34,399 bases of DNA from a virus (taxonomy: Duplodnaviria > Caudoviricetes), in the IMG/VR virus record IMGVR_UViG_3300025288_000057, positions 1 to 34,399 of that record; one strand, 5' to 3'. Numbering within the stretch: position 1 is the stretch's first letter; the number at the start of each line of letters is the position of its first letter. The position numbers and the translations under genes were made by a program. This document shows positions 7,465-17,138 of the stretch, in pieces. Under the pieces are notes generated by a model, which worked only from the letters and a program-made list of their open reading frames with translations, searched no databases and had not been told where the DNA came from.

Positions 7465-8342
7465 TAAAAGATTTAGGTAAAGTAGGTTTAACTACAGGTT
7501 TTTTTGGCAGCGAACAAGACAAGATAAATTACTTAGAGATATATTTAGGGAATCCAAATACTGTTTTGAATTCTAATTACGGAACACTGTGCATGGACAT
7601 AGTAAATAATAAGATCTATAGAAACTATGATGGGTCTTCGGGGTGGGAATCTCTAGATTCCAAAGTAGGTGAATGGATTGACGGTAGAGGAATTTACAGA
7701 AGTATTATCCCCTTTACAAAATCTTCTCTGGGGGATAGCTACACCCTTCAGCATAATCTCGGAATTAAATTATACGTGTCTGAAAGAATTGTAATACCTC
7801 AAAATCCAACAGATCCGACTCCTAATTCAGTAACTCCTGGAGATTTATTATCGATGGGTTACGCTTCTAATTATTCTGTTGACGAAAACAGAGTTATTAT
7901 GGGTCTTATTGACTCGGTACCATTTTTAGGAACTGAGGTGTGGTTTTATATTGTGGATTATGTAAGAGATGAGGTTGCTTCGTCTGTGAATCCTGTTGTC
8001 AGAAGTGTTGATATAGATTCATTTGTTTCTACGGGTATGCCCATCCTCTTATCAGATGTTACTTCAGGGTATACAAATTCTAAAGGAAATTCTGCTACCT
8101 CCCTATTTATAGTGTATCCTTTTTCAGAGGGAGAACTGAAAGTGGGAAGTTTTAATGTTATACTAAGTACTCCTATTCCTTTAACAGAAGTTTTAGCTGG
8201 AAATTTTAAGTGGTATCCACTTCACTCATCGCAGACTAATATTCAGGCTTACACACTATTTTTTAAAATTATAGATTCTACGGGGGCAGCTAGCAATCCC
8301 TCGTATCTAACCCTAACTCGCCCTAATTCCCCTCAGGGTTAA
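7461..8342 (+). CDS. Putative virion structural/fibre-associated protein
   Basis: GNPNTVLNSNYGTLCMDIVNNKIY...SSGWE resembles phage fibre/trimerisation segments; S/T/P-rich beta C-terminal domain. Confidence 0.5.
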   Translation: MIKDLGKVGLTTGFFGSEQDKINYLEIYLGNPNTVLNSNYGTLCMDIVNNKIYRNYDGSSGWESLDSKVGEWIDGRGIYRSIIPFTKSSLGDSYTLQHNLGIKLYVSERIVIPQNPTDPTPNSVTPGDLLSMGYASNYSVDENRVIMGLIDSVPFLGTEVWFYIVDYVRDEVASSVNPVVRSVDIDSFVSTGMPILLSDVTSGYTNSKGNSATSLFIVYPFSEGELKVGSFNVILSTPIPLTEVLAGNFKWYPLHSSQTNIQAYTLFFKIIDSTGAASNPSYLTLTRPNSPQG

Positions 8343-8345
8343 ATT

Positions 8346-8948
8346 ATGAAAAAGGCAATATTTATATCTGGAATTATTGGATCGGGGAAATCCACTTTAG
8401 CTAAGTCTTTAGCTACTAAATTTAATTTAGAACTCAGGAATGAGAGCATAAAGGACGAATCTATAATACCCAAGATATACGAATTCTATGAAAGTTTCGA
8501 TTCAGATACTATAGTAGAGGTTCAACAGCATTTTATAAAGGATTCTAGTAATATGATATCCAGCCTAAAGGAGGGTGTAACTTACGTGTTTGATACTTTC
8601 CCCTTTGAGAGTCAGAGGGGGTTCATAGAATCTTTGTACAATTCTGAGTTCATAGATAAGAATCAATATTCATTACTAAATACACACCTAGGTAAAGTAT
8701 CCGACTTGGAGTGTGTAGAATTTCTTCATATTCATTGTCTGACCACAATTGACATATATAGCAGAATCTTAAACAGAGGAACTTTTGAAATAAAGTCCTT
8801 TGTAAAAGGAGAACCCTCGGCTAAATTTGTTAAATTGATGGATAACTTAGATAGGTTCTTACTGTTTGATCTGGTTACTGAATCAACAGTGTTCAGTGCA
8901 GACCCTAACTTAGATTCTAAAATACTAGATTTTTTAAATAAAAATTAA
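8346..8948 (+). CDS. Deoxynucleoside kinase-family P-loop protein
   Basis: IFISGIIGSGKSTLAKSL Walker A, LRNE, VQQHF, and RILNRG lid. Confidence 0.75.
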   Translation: MKKAIFISGIIGSGKSTLAKSLATKFNLELRNESIKDESIIPKIYEFYESFDSDTIVEVQQHFIKDSSNMISSLKEGVTYVFDTFPFESQRGFIESLYNSEFIDKNQYSLLNTHLGKVSDLECVEFLHIHCLTTIDIYSRILNRGTFEIKSFVKGEPSAKFVKLMDNLDRFLLFDLVTESTVFSADPNLDSKILDFLNKN

Positions 8949-9700
8949 TGATTGTATCTTCAGAGAAAAGAAGGATATTCCAGATACTAGAGGAATTAGA
9001 TGCCACTAAGCAAAAGTTTAGTGAAACTTCTTATACATGGCTATGCCGAAAGTATGACCCTACGTATACGGAAGTATTTAAATTATTTGTTTCCAAAGAA
9101 GACTTGTACAAGGCTTACGATAATTGGAAGAAAGTAGCTAAAGTAGCAGATACTGAGGAGATCCTAGAAGAGACTTCAGAGGTTTCTATCGTAGAAAGTA
9201 TAGCTCCTACGTTGGATATGACTCGCATATCTAATTTCCTATTGGGGCGTGCTCCGTTTGAAAACAATTCTGAAGAGATAAACAAATTAACTAGGCTACT
9301 AGATACTTCGTCTAAGACAGGAAATACTTACATGAGTTTGATGGTTTACAAGCAGATGGAAAGAGTATCTAACTTGATAGACTCACTAGAAGTAGCTGAA
9401 CGAAGGATGTATTCTCCAGAGGTTATTGAAAGTGTGACTCCTGGAAATTTATTAGTTTTAATAGAAAGTATAAATAAGACCATCAAGTTTTCTTTGGAAT
9501 TTATTGACAAGGTAGCTAACAGAGAACTTACTGAAAAGAATAAGGGAGTTAGTATTACTATAAATCAAACTGTTTCTAAGGATGTGGTAGAGAGGACAAC
9601 TACTCTAAGTAAACCTGCTAGAGAGTCAGTTAGAATATTGGCTAAAAGACTTATAGAAATGCGAGATACTAAACAACCCCCAAATGAAAATAAGTCCTGA
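8948..9700 (+). CDS. Putative terminase small subunit
   Basis: Helical 250 aa protein overlapping the TerL start; positional inference only. Confidence 0.45.
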   Translation: MIVSSEKRRIFQILEELDATKQKFSETSYTWLCRKYDPTYTEVFKLFVSKEDLYKAYDNWKKVAKVADTEEILEETSEVSIVESIAPTLDMTRISNFLLGRAPFENNSEEINKLTRLLDTSSKTGNTYMSLMVYKQMERVSNLIDSLEVAERRMYSPEVIESVTPGNLLVLIESINKTIKFSLEFIDKVANRELTEKNKGVSITINQTVSKDVVERTTTLSKPARESVRILAKRLIEMRDTKQPPNENKS

Positions 9701-11702
9701 GGACTCCCAAGGTCTAGATAGGGTACTCCTAGAATTAGGCAACGGAGATAGAAATTTTATAGACTCTCTGTCTCTACATGAGAGAGAGTCATTTTTTCAG
9801 ATACTAAGGGAGTTATCTGCCACTGGAGAGAGCCCCACCTTAGATCTATTATGGGAGGTGGATTACACTCAAAAGCCTGTAGATATAATGACCTTTATGA
9901 CTGATCCCTATTACCTAGGTAATATTTATAAAGATAATTTATTCGATGGATGGGTTCCCCATTTACAAGAAATATTTAAAGTCGGAAGTCCCTATTTAGA
10001 AATAATATTAACAGGAGGCATAGGCTTAGGTAAAACCTATATAGCTATTGCGGGTATGAATTACGACCTGTATAATATCTTGTGCTTACGTAATCCTCAA
10101 AATTATTATGGCTTACCAACTTCGTCATCTATAGTATTTGCGCTGTTTAACACTACTCTGACTTTATCTGAGAAGATTGGAAGTTCTGTATGGCAGGAAC
10201 ACGTAGATAATTCTCCATACTTAAGAGAAATCTGTTCCGTAGATAAGTATAAGAAGAACAATTTGATATTTCCTAAAAATTTAGAGGTAATATCTGGATC
10301 TAAATTTACTCATGCATTAGGTTCCAATACATTCTCGGCTCTTTTAGATGAGGCAAATTTTGGTAAAGATGTAAAGATAGGAGACACTATGAAGTCCCAG
10401 ATGTTGGAAAATTACACATCACTTCTTCGTAGAATGGAATCCAGATTCAAGGATTCTAAGGGCAGAATTCCGGGGCATATGTATTTAGTAAGTTCTAAAA
10501 AGGCAGATTCAGATTTCTTAGAAAAACACGCTGATAAAAGCAAGGGTAAGGCTACTACCTATATAGTGAATGAACCCATATATAAGATAAAAACTCACTA
10601 TTTTGACCCTGTTACTAAGACTAGGATTCCCCGATTTTGCGGGGAAACATTTAGAGTCTTAAAGGGCGATCAGAGGGTAGACTCAAGGGTTTTGCTCGCT
10701 AATGAAGAAGCCCCCCCAGATTATAAGATAATAGATGTTCCCATAGAATACCGAGAAGCGTATGAAACTGATGTTGAAAATTCTCTCCGGGATATTTCTG
10801 GGGAATCCGTGGGGACTACTAGTTCCCTTATAAAGAACAGAGAATCCATTAGAGCTTCTGTGAATCATTCTAGAAAGCCTATATTCTTGACTACTACCGT
10901 ATACTTGTCATTTAACGACACTGAAGAACAACTAGTAGATTACATGGATACTTCAGCATTTAAGGAATGGGTAGATAAAAATCCGTCAGCACCTAGAGCT
11001 CTGCATGTGGATTTTGGTATAACAGGAGATGCTTGCGGAATAAGTTGTGGATTCCTAAATGGCGAAACTAAGATATCTCGTACTAGCGTAGACTTAGAGC
11101 ACGAGGACTATACTGAACCCCTAGTGTGCGTAGATTTTATGATACGTGTAAAAAACTATGAGGGAGAAAGGTTGCCCTTTGAAAAAATTACCAGATTTGT
11201 ATTTGACTTACAGAGTACTTTTGGTATAACTATATATTACGTAAGTACTGACGGATTTCAGTCAGAATATTTTAGACAGAAACTGTCTACCAAGGGAATT
11301 AATACAGGAGTTGTATCTGTGGATAGAGACGACAAAGCTTATTTGTCACTCAGACAGATTCACTATGAAGGAAGGATAGATATGTATAACTACCCGCATT
11401 ATTTAGTAGAACTATTTAGTCTGACTAGAGATGCCCAAAAGGGAAAGGTAGACCACCAAGAAATAAATATAAATGGTACTCCGGGGTCTAAAGACGTGGC
11501 GGATTCTCTGGCTGGACTATGCGTGGTTCTTTACAGAGAACAAGAATTTATGAGTTCTCTAAGTAAACCATCATCTAAACAATTAACTCAAATAACTTCT
11601 GAGATACGAGTTGCTATAGCTGCTGCTAGGAATAAGATTCCTTCATTAGCAGAATTAATGTCTTCAGGAGACGAAGAAACTTATGACAGCGATGAATACT
11701 AA
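9684..11702 (+). CDS. terL: Terminase large subunit
   Basis: Walker A GGIGLGKT, Walker B ALLDEAN, LVSS coupling motif, nuclease LHVDFG..GDAC and KVDH...SKDVADSLAG. Confidence 0.93.
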   Translation: MKISPEDSQGLDRVLLELGNGDRNFIDSLSLHERESFFQILRELSATGESPTLDLLWEVDYTQKPVDIMTFMTDPYYLGNIYKDNLFDGWVPHLQEIFKVGSPYLEIILTGGIGLGKTYIAIAGMNYDLYNILCLRNPQNYYGLPTSSSIVFALFNTTLTLSEKIGSSVWQEHVDNSPYLREICSVDKYKKNNLIFPKNLEVISGSKFTHALGSNTFSALLDEANFGKDVKIGDTMKSQMLENYTSLLRRMESRFKDSKGRIPGHMYLVSSKKADSDFLEKHADKSKGKATTYIVNEPIYKIKTHYFDPVTKTRIPRFCGETFRVLKGDQRVDSRVLLANEEAPPDYKIIDVPIEYREAYETDVENSLRDISGESVGTTSSLIKNRESIRASVNHSRKPIFLTTTVYLSFNDTEEQLVDYMDTSAFKEWVDKNPSAPRALHVDFGITGDACGISCGFLNGETKISRTSVDLEHEDYTEPLVCVDFMIRVKNYEGERLPFEKITRFVFDLQSTFGITIYYVSTDGFQSEYFRQKLSTKGINTGVVSVDRDDKAYLSLRQIHYEGRIDMYNYPHYLVELFSLTRDAQKGKVDHQEININGTPGSKDVADSLAGLCVVLYREQEFMSSLSKPSSKQLTQITSEIRVAIAAARNKIPSLAELMSSGDEETYDSDEY

Positions 11703-11913
11703 TTATATAAGTAGGGAAATCTTTAAAAAGTCTATGATACTACAGGGCATCCCTCGCTCAACTATAGAATCAGTGTTAAAGACTAAGGGTGTGATAAAAG
11801 ATTGCTCAGACCTGAAGATGTTGTTAGACTTAGGTTCTGACTTGGAGGAGATAGACAAGCAGTGTATCATAAATAGATGCTATAGAATTACTAACATATC
11901 ACTTATATTTTAA
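11683..11913 (+). CDS. Hypothetical protein
   Basis: 76 aa ORF filling the TerL-portal gap; ATG 11692 is an alternative start. Confidence 0.55.
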   Translation: MTAMNTNYISREIFKKSMILQGIPRSTIESVLKTKGVIKDCSDLKMLLDLGSDLEEIDKQCIINRCYRITNISLIF

Positions 11914-11916
11914 AAC
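11902..11916 (+). promoter_or_regulatory. Putative late-promoter variant CTTATATTTTAAAAC
   Basis: One mismatch to consensus; begins 22 nt before the portal TTG. Confidence 0.5.
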
Positions 11917-11923
11917 TAAGATT

Positions 11924-13483
11924 TTGGCAGGATTTAACTTTTTTAAAAGGTCTATAGTAAAGAAAGACCTAAATAGACCTGAACAGATAGACATAACTGA
12001 TGACTCCCTAAAGGGCATAGGTTCAGGACTAGCAGGTTTATCAAACCAGTATGCACAATATTTAGATTCAGCTCCTAGAGATACTCGTTCTGATATCTAT
12101 GACTCCGTGGACTTTATAGATAAATACGATGAGGTTATATCTAAAGTTTTATCAGATATGGCAGACGACGCCACTCAGTATTCTTTTCAAACTAAATCTC
12201 CACTTTGGATAACTTCAGATGACAAAGACTTAGAAAGGGAATTGAATAATCTTATAGAGGTCTTAGACCTAAAGATAAAGATTACTAGCATAGTTAGAGA
12301 AGTTATTAAATACGGGGATAAGTTCGGTAGACTGGTTATAGACCCTAATAAGGGAATAACTAAATTGATAGTCAATAGTCCTCCTAGAAGTGTCTGTAGA
12401 TTGGAATATAAAGGGGAGTTAGTAGGATATAAAATAGATACGGAAGCTATACCCTTGCAACGGTATGAAATGATACACTGGAGAAGCTTAGAAGAGTACG
12501 TAAAGGACGATATTTTACTGGAGAATAATAAGGAGTTATTCACTCGCTACTTTTTAGATGAGAATCCCAGTTATGGAAAATCTTATGTGTACAAGGCTAT
12601 ATCTATTTCAAAGAGATTAAAGTATGCGGAAGATGCAGTTCTATTAGGCAGACTGTCTAAATCTAAACTGTACAGAAATCACTTTGTGGAAGTGGGAACT
12701 GGAACTCTCAAGGAAAAGATAAAGATAATGAGGGAGTACATAAGAAACTGGAGAAAGAACTCTGCTGTTAATACAGAGAATAAGGATATGTATTCTGAGG
12801 AGAATTTCTTCTCTTACGAGGAGGATGTATTTCATCCTGTATCTGATGGAAAGGGAAGTTCTAGTATAGACCAAGTAGGAGGAGAGATGGACATAGCCCA
12901 CATAGAAGACATAGAGTATTTTAGTGGAAAAAGAAATAAAGTAATAGGAGTATCCGACGACACCTCTCCGATGACAAACAGATTGCAGGAAGACTCTAAG
13001 TATGCCAAGAAAGTATCGGGTTACCAAAAATATTTGCTTAGGGGATTGTATGAGTTATTTGATATACACTTAGACGTATTAAATAAATACTCCGAGGAAA
13101 GGAAATACTCCATAAATTTAGTGGAAGTAGATAGTTACGTAGAAACAGAGAGGAATGAGATGCTTTCGAGTTCAGCAGACTTTGTTGAAAAGATTTTAAC
13201 CCTAATAGATTCCGTGTCCGACAAGGGAGTTCCAATAAATCTAGAATACCTAACAAAATACCTGTTTGAGAACTATCTTAGACTTCCGGATTTTAATTAC
13301 GAGGAATTGTTTAAGGCTGTTATCTCTGACGGAGAGAATCAAACTAAAGAGGATATACAGAAAAAACTAGAAGCTCTAAGCCACTCTCCCAAGTCACTCT
13401 CCCTCATAGAATCTGAAAGGGGACGTGTTTCAGGTATTAGGCATCATAAAGTAGAAGTTAGAGAAAGAGGTAAAGGTGAGTAA
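11924..13483 (+). CDS. Portal protein (T4 gp20-like), TTG start
   Basis: KYGDKF, YGKSY..KA, LKYAEDAVLLGRLS, VEVG, EEDVFHPV..GKGSSSIDQVGG, HIEDIEYF match gp20-type portal motifs; follows TerL. Confidence 0.9.
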   Translation: MAGFNFFKRSIVKKDLNRPEQIDITDDSLKGIGSGLAGLSNQYAQYLDSAPRDTRSDIYDSVDFIDKYDEVISKVLSDMADDATQYSFQTKSPLWITSDDKDLERELNNLIEVLDLKIKITSIVREVIKYGDKFGRLVIDPNKGITKLIVNSPPRSVCRLEYKGELVGYKIDTEAIPLQRYEMIHWRSLEEYVKDDILLENNKELFTRYFLDENPSYGKSYVYKAISISKRLKYAEDAVLLGRLSKSKLYRNHFVEVGTGTLKEKIKIMREYIRNWRKNSAVNTENKDMYSEENFFSYEEDVFHPVSDGKGSSSIDQVGGEMDIAHIEDIEYFSGKRNKVIGVSDDTSPMTNRLQEDSKYAKKVSGYQKYLLRGLYELFDIHLDVLNKYSEERKYSINLVEVDSYVETERNEMLSSSADFVEKILTLIDSVSDKGVPINLEYLTKYLFENYLRLPDFNYEELFKAVISDGENQTKEDIQKKLEALSHSPKSLSLIESERGRVSGIRHHKVEVRERGKGE

Positions 13484-14219
13484 GCTAGTAGAAAGATTAA
13501 GCAGATTCATAAGTATCTCAGAGGATAAATTTGTAGATACTTCTAAATACGGAAGAATTATATCTATCTTATCTGTAAATGATTCCTTCCCCATGATACC
13601 TAAACTGCAAAGTATTTTAACTGAGTCTCTAGGAACTCCCGAATTTTCGGTTGTTTACAATTCCATAGTAGACCATTTAGAATCTATGTATGTAATTGAC
13701 GAATTTTCTATACACCGAAGGACTGTGTCCCAGAAGAAACGAAAAAATCCAACAGCTAGTAGAATAGCTAAAATGCGCTGGAAGAAGAATAAATCTGCTA
13801 TGTTAAGGGGTCTCCGCAGATTTCACAAATCCTCAGAGGGAAAATCATTCCATAAAGCCCTCGGAAAGTTTGTGTCTAAAACTTCTTCTAAGAATGAAGG
13901 AGTCGAAGATTTACAATCTGCTCTACTAGAACTAAATGAATTACGTATAACTCTCAGTTCTGCAGTAACTCAACTCTTCATAGATATGAAGTTATTTCCG
14001 GAGGGGTATGCTGACTTTTCAGCAGATGATTTTTCTATACTAATGGATGGGTATTCCTCTGTAATGAAGGACTTGCAAGATGCTTGGAATTCAGATGACA
14101 TAGACTTTATTGAAGATACCATAAGTGAGGTTATATCTGAATTTGGTAGCATATTTATAGGCGTTGACATAGACTTTATCTACGATCCAGAAGTCGATTC
14201 CTTAGTAGAAATTTCATAA
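13476..14219 (+). CDS. Prohead core-like protein (T4 gp68-like basic segment)
   Basis: Between portal and protease; basic stretch QKKRKNPTASRIAKMRWKKNKSAMLRGLRRFHK flanked by acidic regions. Confidence 0.5.
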   Translation: MSKLVERLSRFISISEDKFVDTSKYGRIISILSVNDSFPMIPKLQSILTESLGTPEFSVVYNSIVDHLESMYVIDEFSIHRRTVSQKKRKNPTASRIAKMRWKKNKSAMLRGLRRFHKSSEGKSFHKALGKFVSKTSSKNEGVEDLQSALLELNELRITLSSAVTQLFIDMKLFPEGYADFSADDFSILMDGYSSVMKDLQDAWNSDDIDFIEDTISEVISEFGSIFIGVDIDFIYDPEVDSLVEIS

Positions 14220-14233
14220 AAACTCTGTGTAAC

Positions 14234-14248
14234 CTTTTATTTTAAAAG
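14234..14248 (+). promoter_or_regulatory. Putative late-promoter motif CTTTTATTTTAAAAG
   Basis: Begins 19 nt before ATG 14253. Confidence 0.6.
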
Positions 14249-14252
14249 TTTG

Positions 14253-15596
14253 ATGGAACTAGTATTGTTAAAATCTCCGTTATACACAGGAACTAACCTC
14301 GAAGTAATTCGAGAGTCGGGGGGTATTTCAGAATTTCCAACTCTATTTTTAAAGGGTAAAATTCAGGAAGCCGATACTCCTAATAACAACGGAAGACGAT
14401 ACAAGTACGAAACCCTAGTAGAAAAAATTATCAATGCTAGATGCACTCCCGAATTATTAAGAGATTCTCCCCTATTTGGAGAGAATATTCACCCATCAGA
14501 TGATTTAACAGGAGAAATAAACACTGAAAAGGTTATATGGAGAGTTGTTGAAACTACGATGGAGGGAAACAGCATGGTAGGAACACTTGAGATAATCCCT
14601 GAAACTCCTCTCGGAAAGATACTATACTTTTTGGTAGACAAATATAATGCAAAGCCAGGAATTAGCTCTAGAGCGTGGGGAAGCATGAATGAAGAGTGGG
14701 TAGACCACGACTCTTTTAAATTTGTGACATTTGATGGAACATTCAATCCCTCTACACATGGGGCATTTTTGAGAAAGATAGGAGAATCCGGAGATGTTAG
14801 AGAGATGATAAAATCCTTTAAGGAAAGAGACCTTAAGGTATTATCAGAAAGTAGCATGCTCAGAATGGACGATGGGCATTCACTAGTAGAGAAAGTATTT
14901 AACAATAAACATTTTATAATTAATAATCGCAAAGACATGACGCCAGAATTAGAATTACTAAAGGAAGCTAATCAACAAGTTTCCAATTTGACCAAACAAC
15001 TTGCGGAGTCTAATTCGGCTCTGAAAGAAGAAACTAAAGACTTAGCAACTGCTGAAGACAAGTTAATTCAACTTCAAGAAGAAAATGAAGAACTTACCCA
15101 AAAAGCTGCAGATATGCAAAAAGAGCTTGACGCTAAAGACGCTACAATAAAAGAAATGGAAGACGCTATGGCTGAAGACAAGAAAGCTATTGAAGAAGAC
15201 GAAGTGCAAGACAAGGTTGATGCAGAAGAAAAAGAAAAATTGGAAGAAAACTATAATAAGTCCTTGAAAGTTTTAGAAGGAGTTGTAAGTGAATTCCATA
15301 AAGTGAAAGGTTTCTATAATAAATCTATAGAAGTCCTTAACTTATTAGAATCTAAAAAATCTAAAAAATCAATTGTTGATTTAGTAGAATCTGAGTTAGG
15401 AAAATTTGCTCACTACAAACCAATGTTTGAATCTGTAGACGATTTAGGTAAAGCTAAAGTAATTGTAGAGTCCTTGAAAAAAATCCAGTCTGGTAAGAGA
15501 CCTCTAAGCGTAGTTCCGCTAACAGAACGAAGTGTGGGAAACACGGATAGACCGTTTAGTACTGACGAACAAAGAATAAATTCTTACAGTATTTAA
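14253..15596 (+). CDS. Prohead protease (T4 gp21-like) fused to a coiled-coil scaffold
   Basis: LKGKIQEADTPNNNGRRY, GENIHP, ETPLGKIL, GISSRAWGS, TFD...PSTHGA protease motifs; acidic coiled-coil C-terminal half. Confidence 0.9.
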   Translation: MELVLLKSPLYTGTNLEVIRESGGISEFPTLFLKGKIQEADTPNNNGRRYKYETLVEKIINARCTPELLRDSPLFGENIHPSDDLTGEINTEKVIWRVVETTMEGNSMVGTLEIIPETPLGKILYFLVDKYNAKPGISSRAWGSMNEEWVDHDSFKFVTFDGTFNPSTHGAFLRKIGESGDVREMIKSFKERDLKVLSESSMLRMDDGHSLVEKVFNNKHFIINNRKDMTPELELLKEANQQVSNLTKQLAESNSALKEETKDLATAEDKLIQLQEENEELTQKAADMQKELDAKDATIKEMEDAMAEDKKAIEEDEVQDKVDAEEKEKLEENYNKSLKVLEGVVSEFHKVKGFYNKSIEVLNLLESKKSKKSIVDLVESELGKFAHYKPMFESVDDLGKAKVIVESLKKIQSGKRPLSVVPLTERSVGNTDRPFSTDEQRINSYSI

Positions 15597-15627
15597 TCTT
15601 TGTATAACCTCTAAAAACTAAAACAAG

Positions 15628-17052
15628 ATGGATCCACAAAATGTCCAAAGAACTCTTAACGAGAGAATCACTGTCTTAGAAGAACGATGGGGTAAATATA
15701 GTAACCCCTTAAAAGAATCTTTTAAAAGACGAGGTAAAACCCTAGATCCTGCATCATGGGCTGCCACATTACAAGGTATGGAAAACATACATGAGAAATT
15801 TGCAACTATGTCTGAAGCTACTCTATCTGCAAATATAGGTAGTTTTGTACAACACGGTTACGATTTAATCACCGCTGTTTACCCGAATTTGATTGCCAAC
15901 CAAATTGCTAGTATTCAACCATTACAATACAAAGTCGGAGAGATCTGGTTTATGGAATTGCAATATGAAGCTGCAAAAGGTTTAACAGGAGCCAACACAG
16001 TAGCTTTATCAGGAGTGTCTGGAGCTCGTCCTGAAAAATACTATTCATCTGAATATATAGACGGTGTATCTGTACAGACACCAAACAGTGTTCTGACTGA
16101 CTTCTCTGGAACTACCGGAGTAGCTATCAAAACTGGAGCTCAACTAGATTTTATATACATAACTGATGGAGTTGAAACTTTCCGTCCAGACCCTACTAAT
16201 TACGCAGTATTAATAGGTGACGCAGGAGGAACAGGTACTTTGAATCTTTCTACCGGAGCATGGGCTGTGTCTTTTGCTGCTGCTGTAACCACAGGTAATG
16301 TTGTTAAAGCTATCGGTCGTGTTAATACAGAAGCTAATCCATCTAGTATCGGCAAAACCAAAATCAATTTTACTTCTTCTTCAATAGAAGCTAAGAAACA
16401 TCAATTGGTTTCTACCTACAGCATGGATGCCGAATACGAGTTGAAGAAACAGTTTAACCGTGATATGAATGACGAGTTAGTGAAAGCTAATGGCTCATTG
16501 ATTAAAGCTGAAATAGATAGTCTTGTTATAGATGATATGAAAATAGCTGCTAAATCTGCTGAGGGGGCTGGTTTCTCTACTTGGGACGGAGCTTTTTCAG
16601 GCGTATCTGAATTAGACCACTTCCGTACTTTCTTAACTGTACTTCAAAAACAATCTCAAGACATCAACGATAAGACTCGTATGGTTAGGGGTAACTTTGT
16701 AGTAGCAGGTTCTAACTTGTGTACAGTGCTTACTGTTCTTCCAGAATTTAAGTCAGCTGTAACTCCAAGTAGCGAAAGTGCAGGTCCTCACGTATTAGGT
16801 ACTGTAAATGGATTGTTGATCATCAAACATCCAGATTTTGATGCTAATGAATGGATTATGGGAAATAAAGGAGCCAGCGCATTCCATACAGGATATGTAT
16901 TTGCTCCATATATGCCATTGATGGTTACTCCTCCTGTTAGCTCTCCGGACAGTGTGTTCGACGTTACCAGAGGTTTGTTCACTCAAGCTGGTCGTAAAGT
17001 TGTAAACCCACGGTATTATGCTCACGGAGTAGCTACCAATTTGTTTGCCTAA
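15628..17052 (+). CDS. Major capsid protein (T4 gp23-like)
   Basis: VYPNLIANQIASIQPL, IEAKKHQL...SMDAEYELK, IKAEID, GYVFAPYMPL motifs; strongly biased codon use; followed by a terminator. Confidence 0.95.
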   Translation: MDPQNVQRTLNERITVLEERWGKYSNPLKESFKRRGKTLDPASWAATLQGMENIHEKFATMSEATLSANIGSFVQHGYDLITAVYPNLIANQIASIQPLQYKVGEIWFMELQYEAAKGLTGANTVALSGVSGARPEKYYSSEYIDGVSVQTPNSVLTDFSGTTGVAIKTGAQLDFIYITDGVETFRPDPTNYAVLIGDAGGTGTLNLSTGAWAVSFAAAVTTGNVVKAIGRVNTEANPSSIGKTKINFTSSSIEAKKHQLVSTYSMDAEYELKKQFNRDMNDELVKANGSLIKAEIDSLVIDDMKIAAKSAEGAGFSTWDGAFSGVSELDHFRTFLTVLQKQSQDINDKTRMVRGNFVVAGSNLCTVLTVLPEFKSAVTPSSESAGPHVLGTVNGLLIIKHPDFDANEWIMGNKGASAFHTGYVFAPYMPLMVTPPVSSPDSVFDVTRGLFTQAGRKVVNPRYYAHGVATNLFA

Positions 17053-17078
17053 GATTAAAAAATATAAGATAATTTTAT

Positions 17079-17118
17079 AAGGGGATCACCGTAGTAATAC
17101 AGTGATCCCTTTTATTTT
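17079..17118 (+). terminator. Intrinsic terminator after the major capsid gene
   Basis: GGGATCAC-C-GTA-GTAA-TAC-A-GTGATCCC stem with GNRA loop, followed by TTTTATTTT. Confidence 0.85.
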
Positions 17119-17122
17119 AAAC
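17109..17122 (+). promoter_or_regulatory. Putative late-promoter motif CTTTTATTTTAAAC within the terminator U-tract
   Basis: Begins 30 nt before ATG 17139. Confidence 0.55.
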
Positions 17123-17138
17123 ACTAAATTCAAAAATT

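Noticed and set aside
9684-13483. Intein or intron in the terminase or portal
   Set aside because: Both are continuous and of ordinary length, with no splice-junction or homing-endonuclease motifs.
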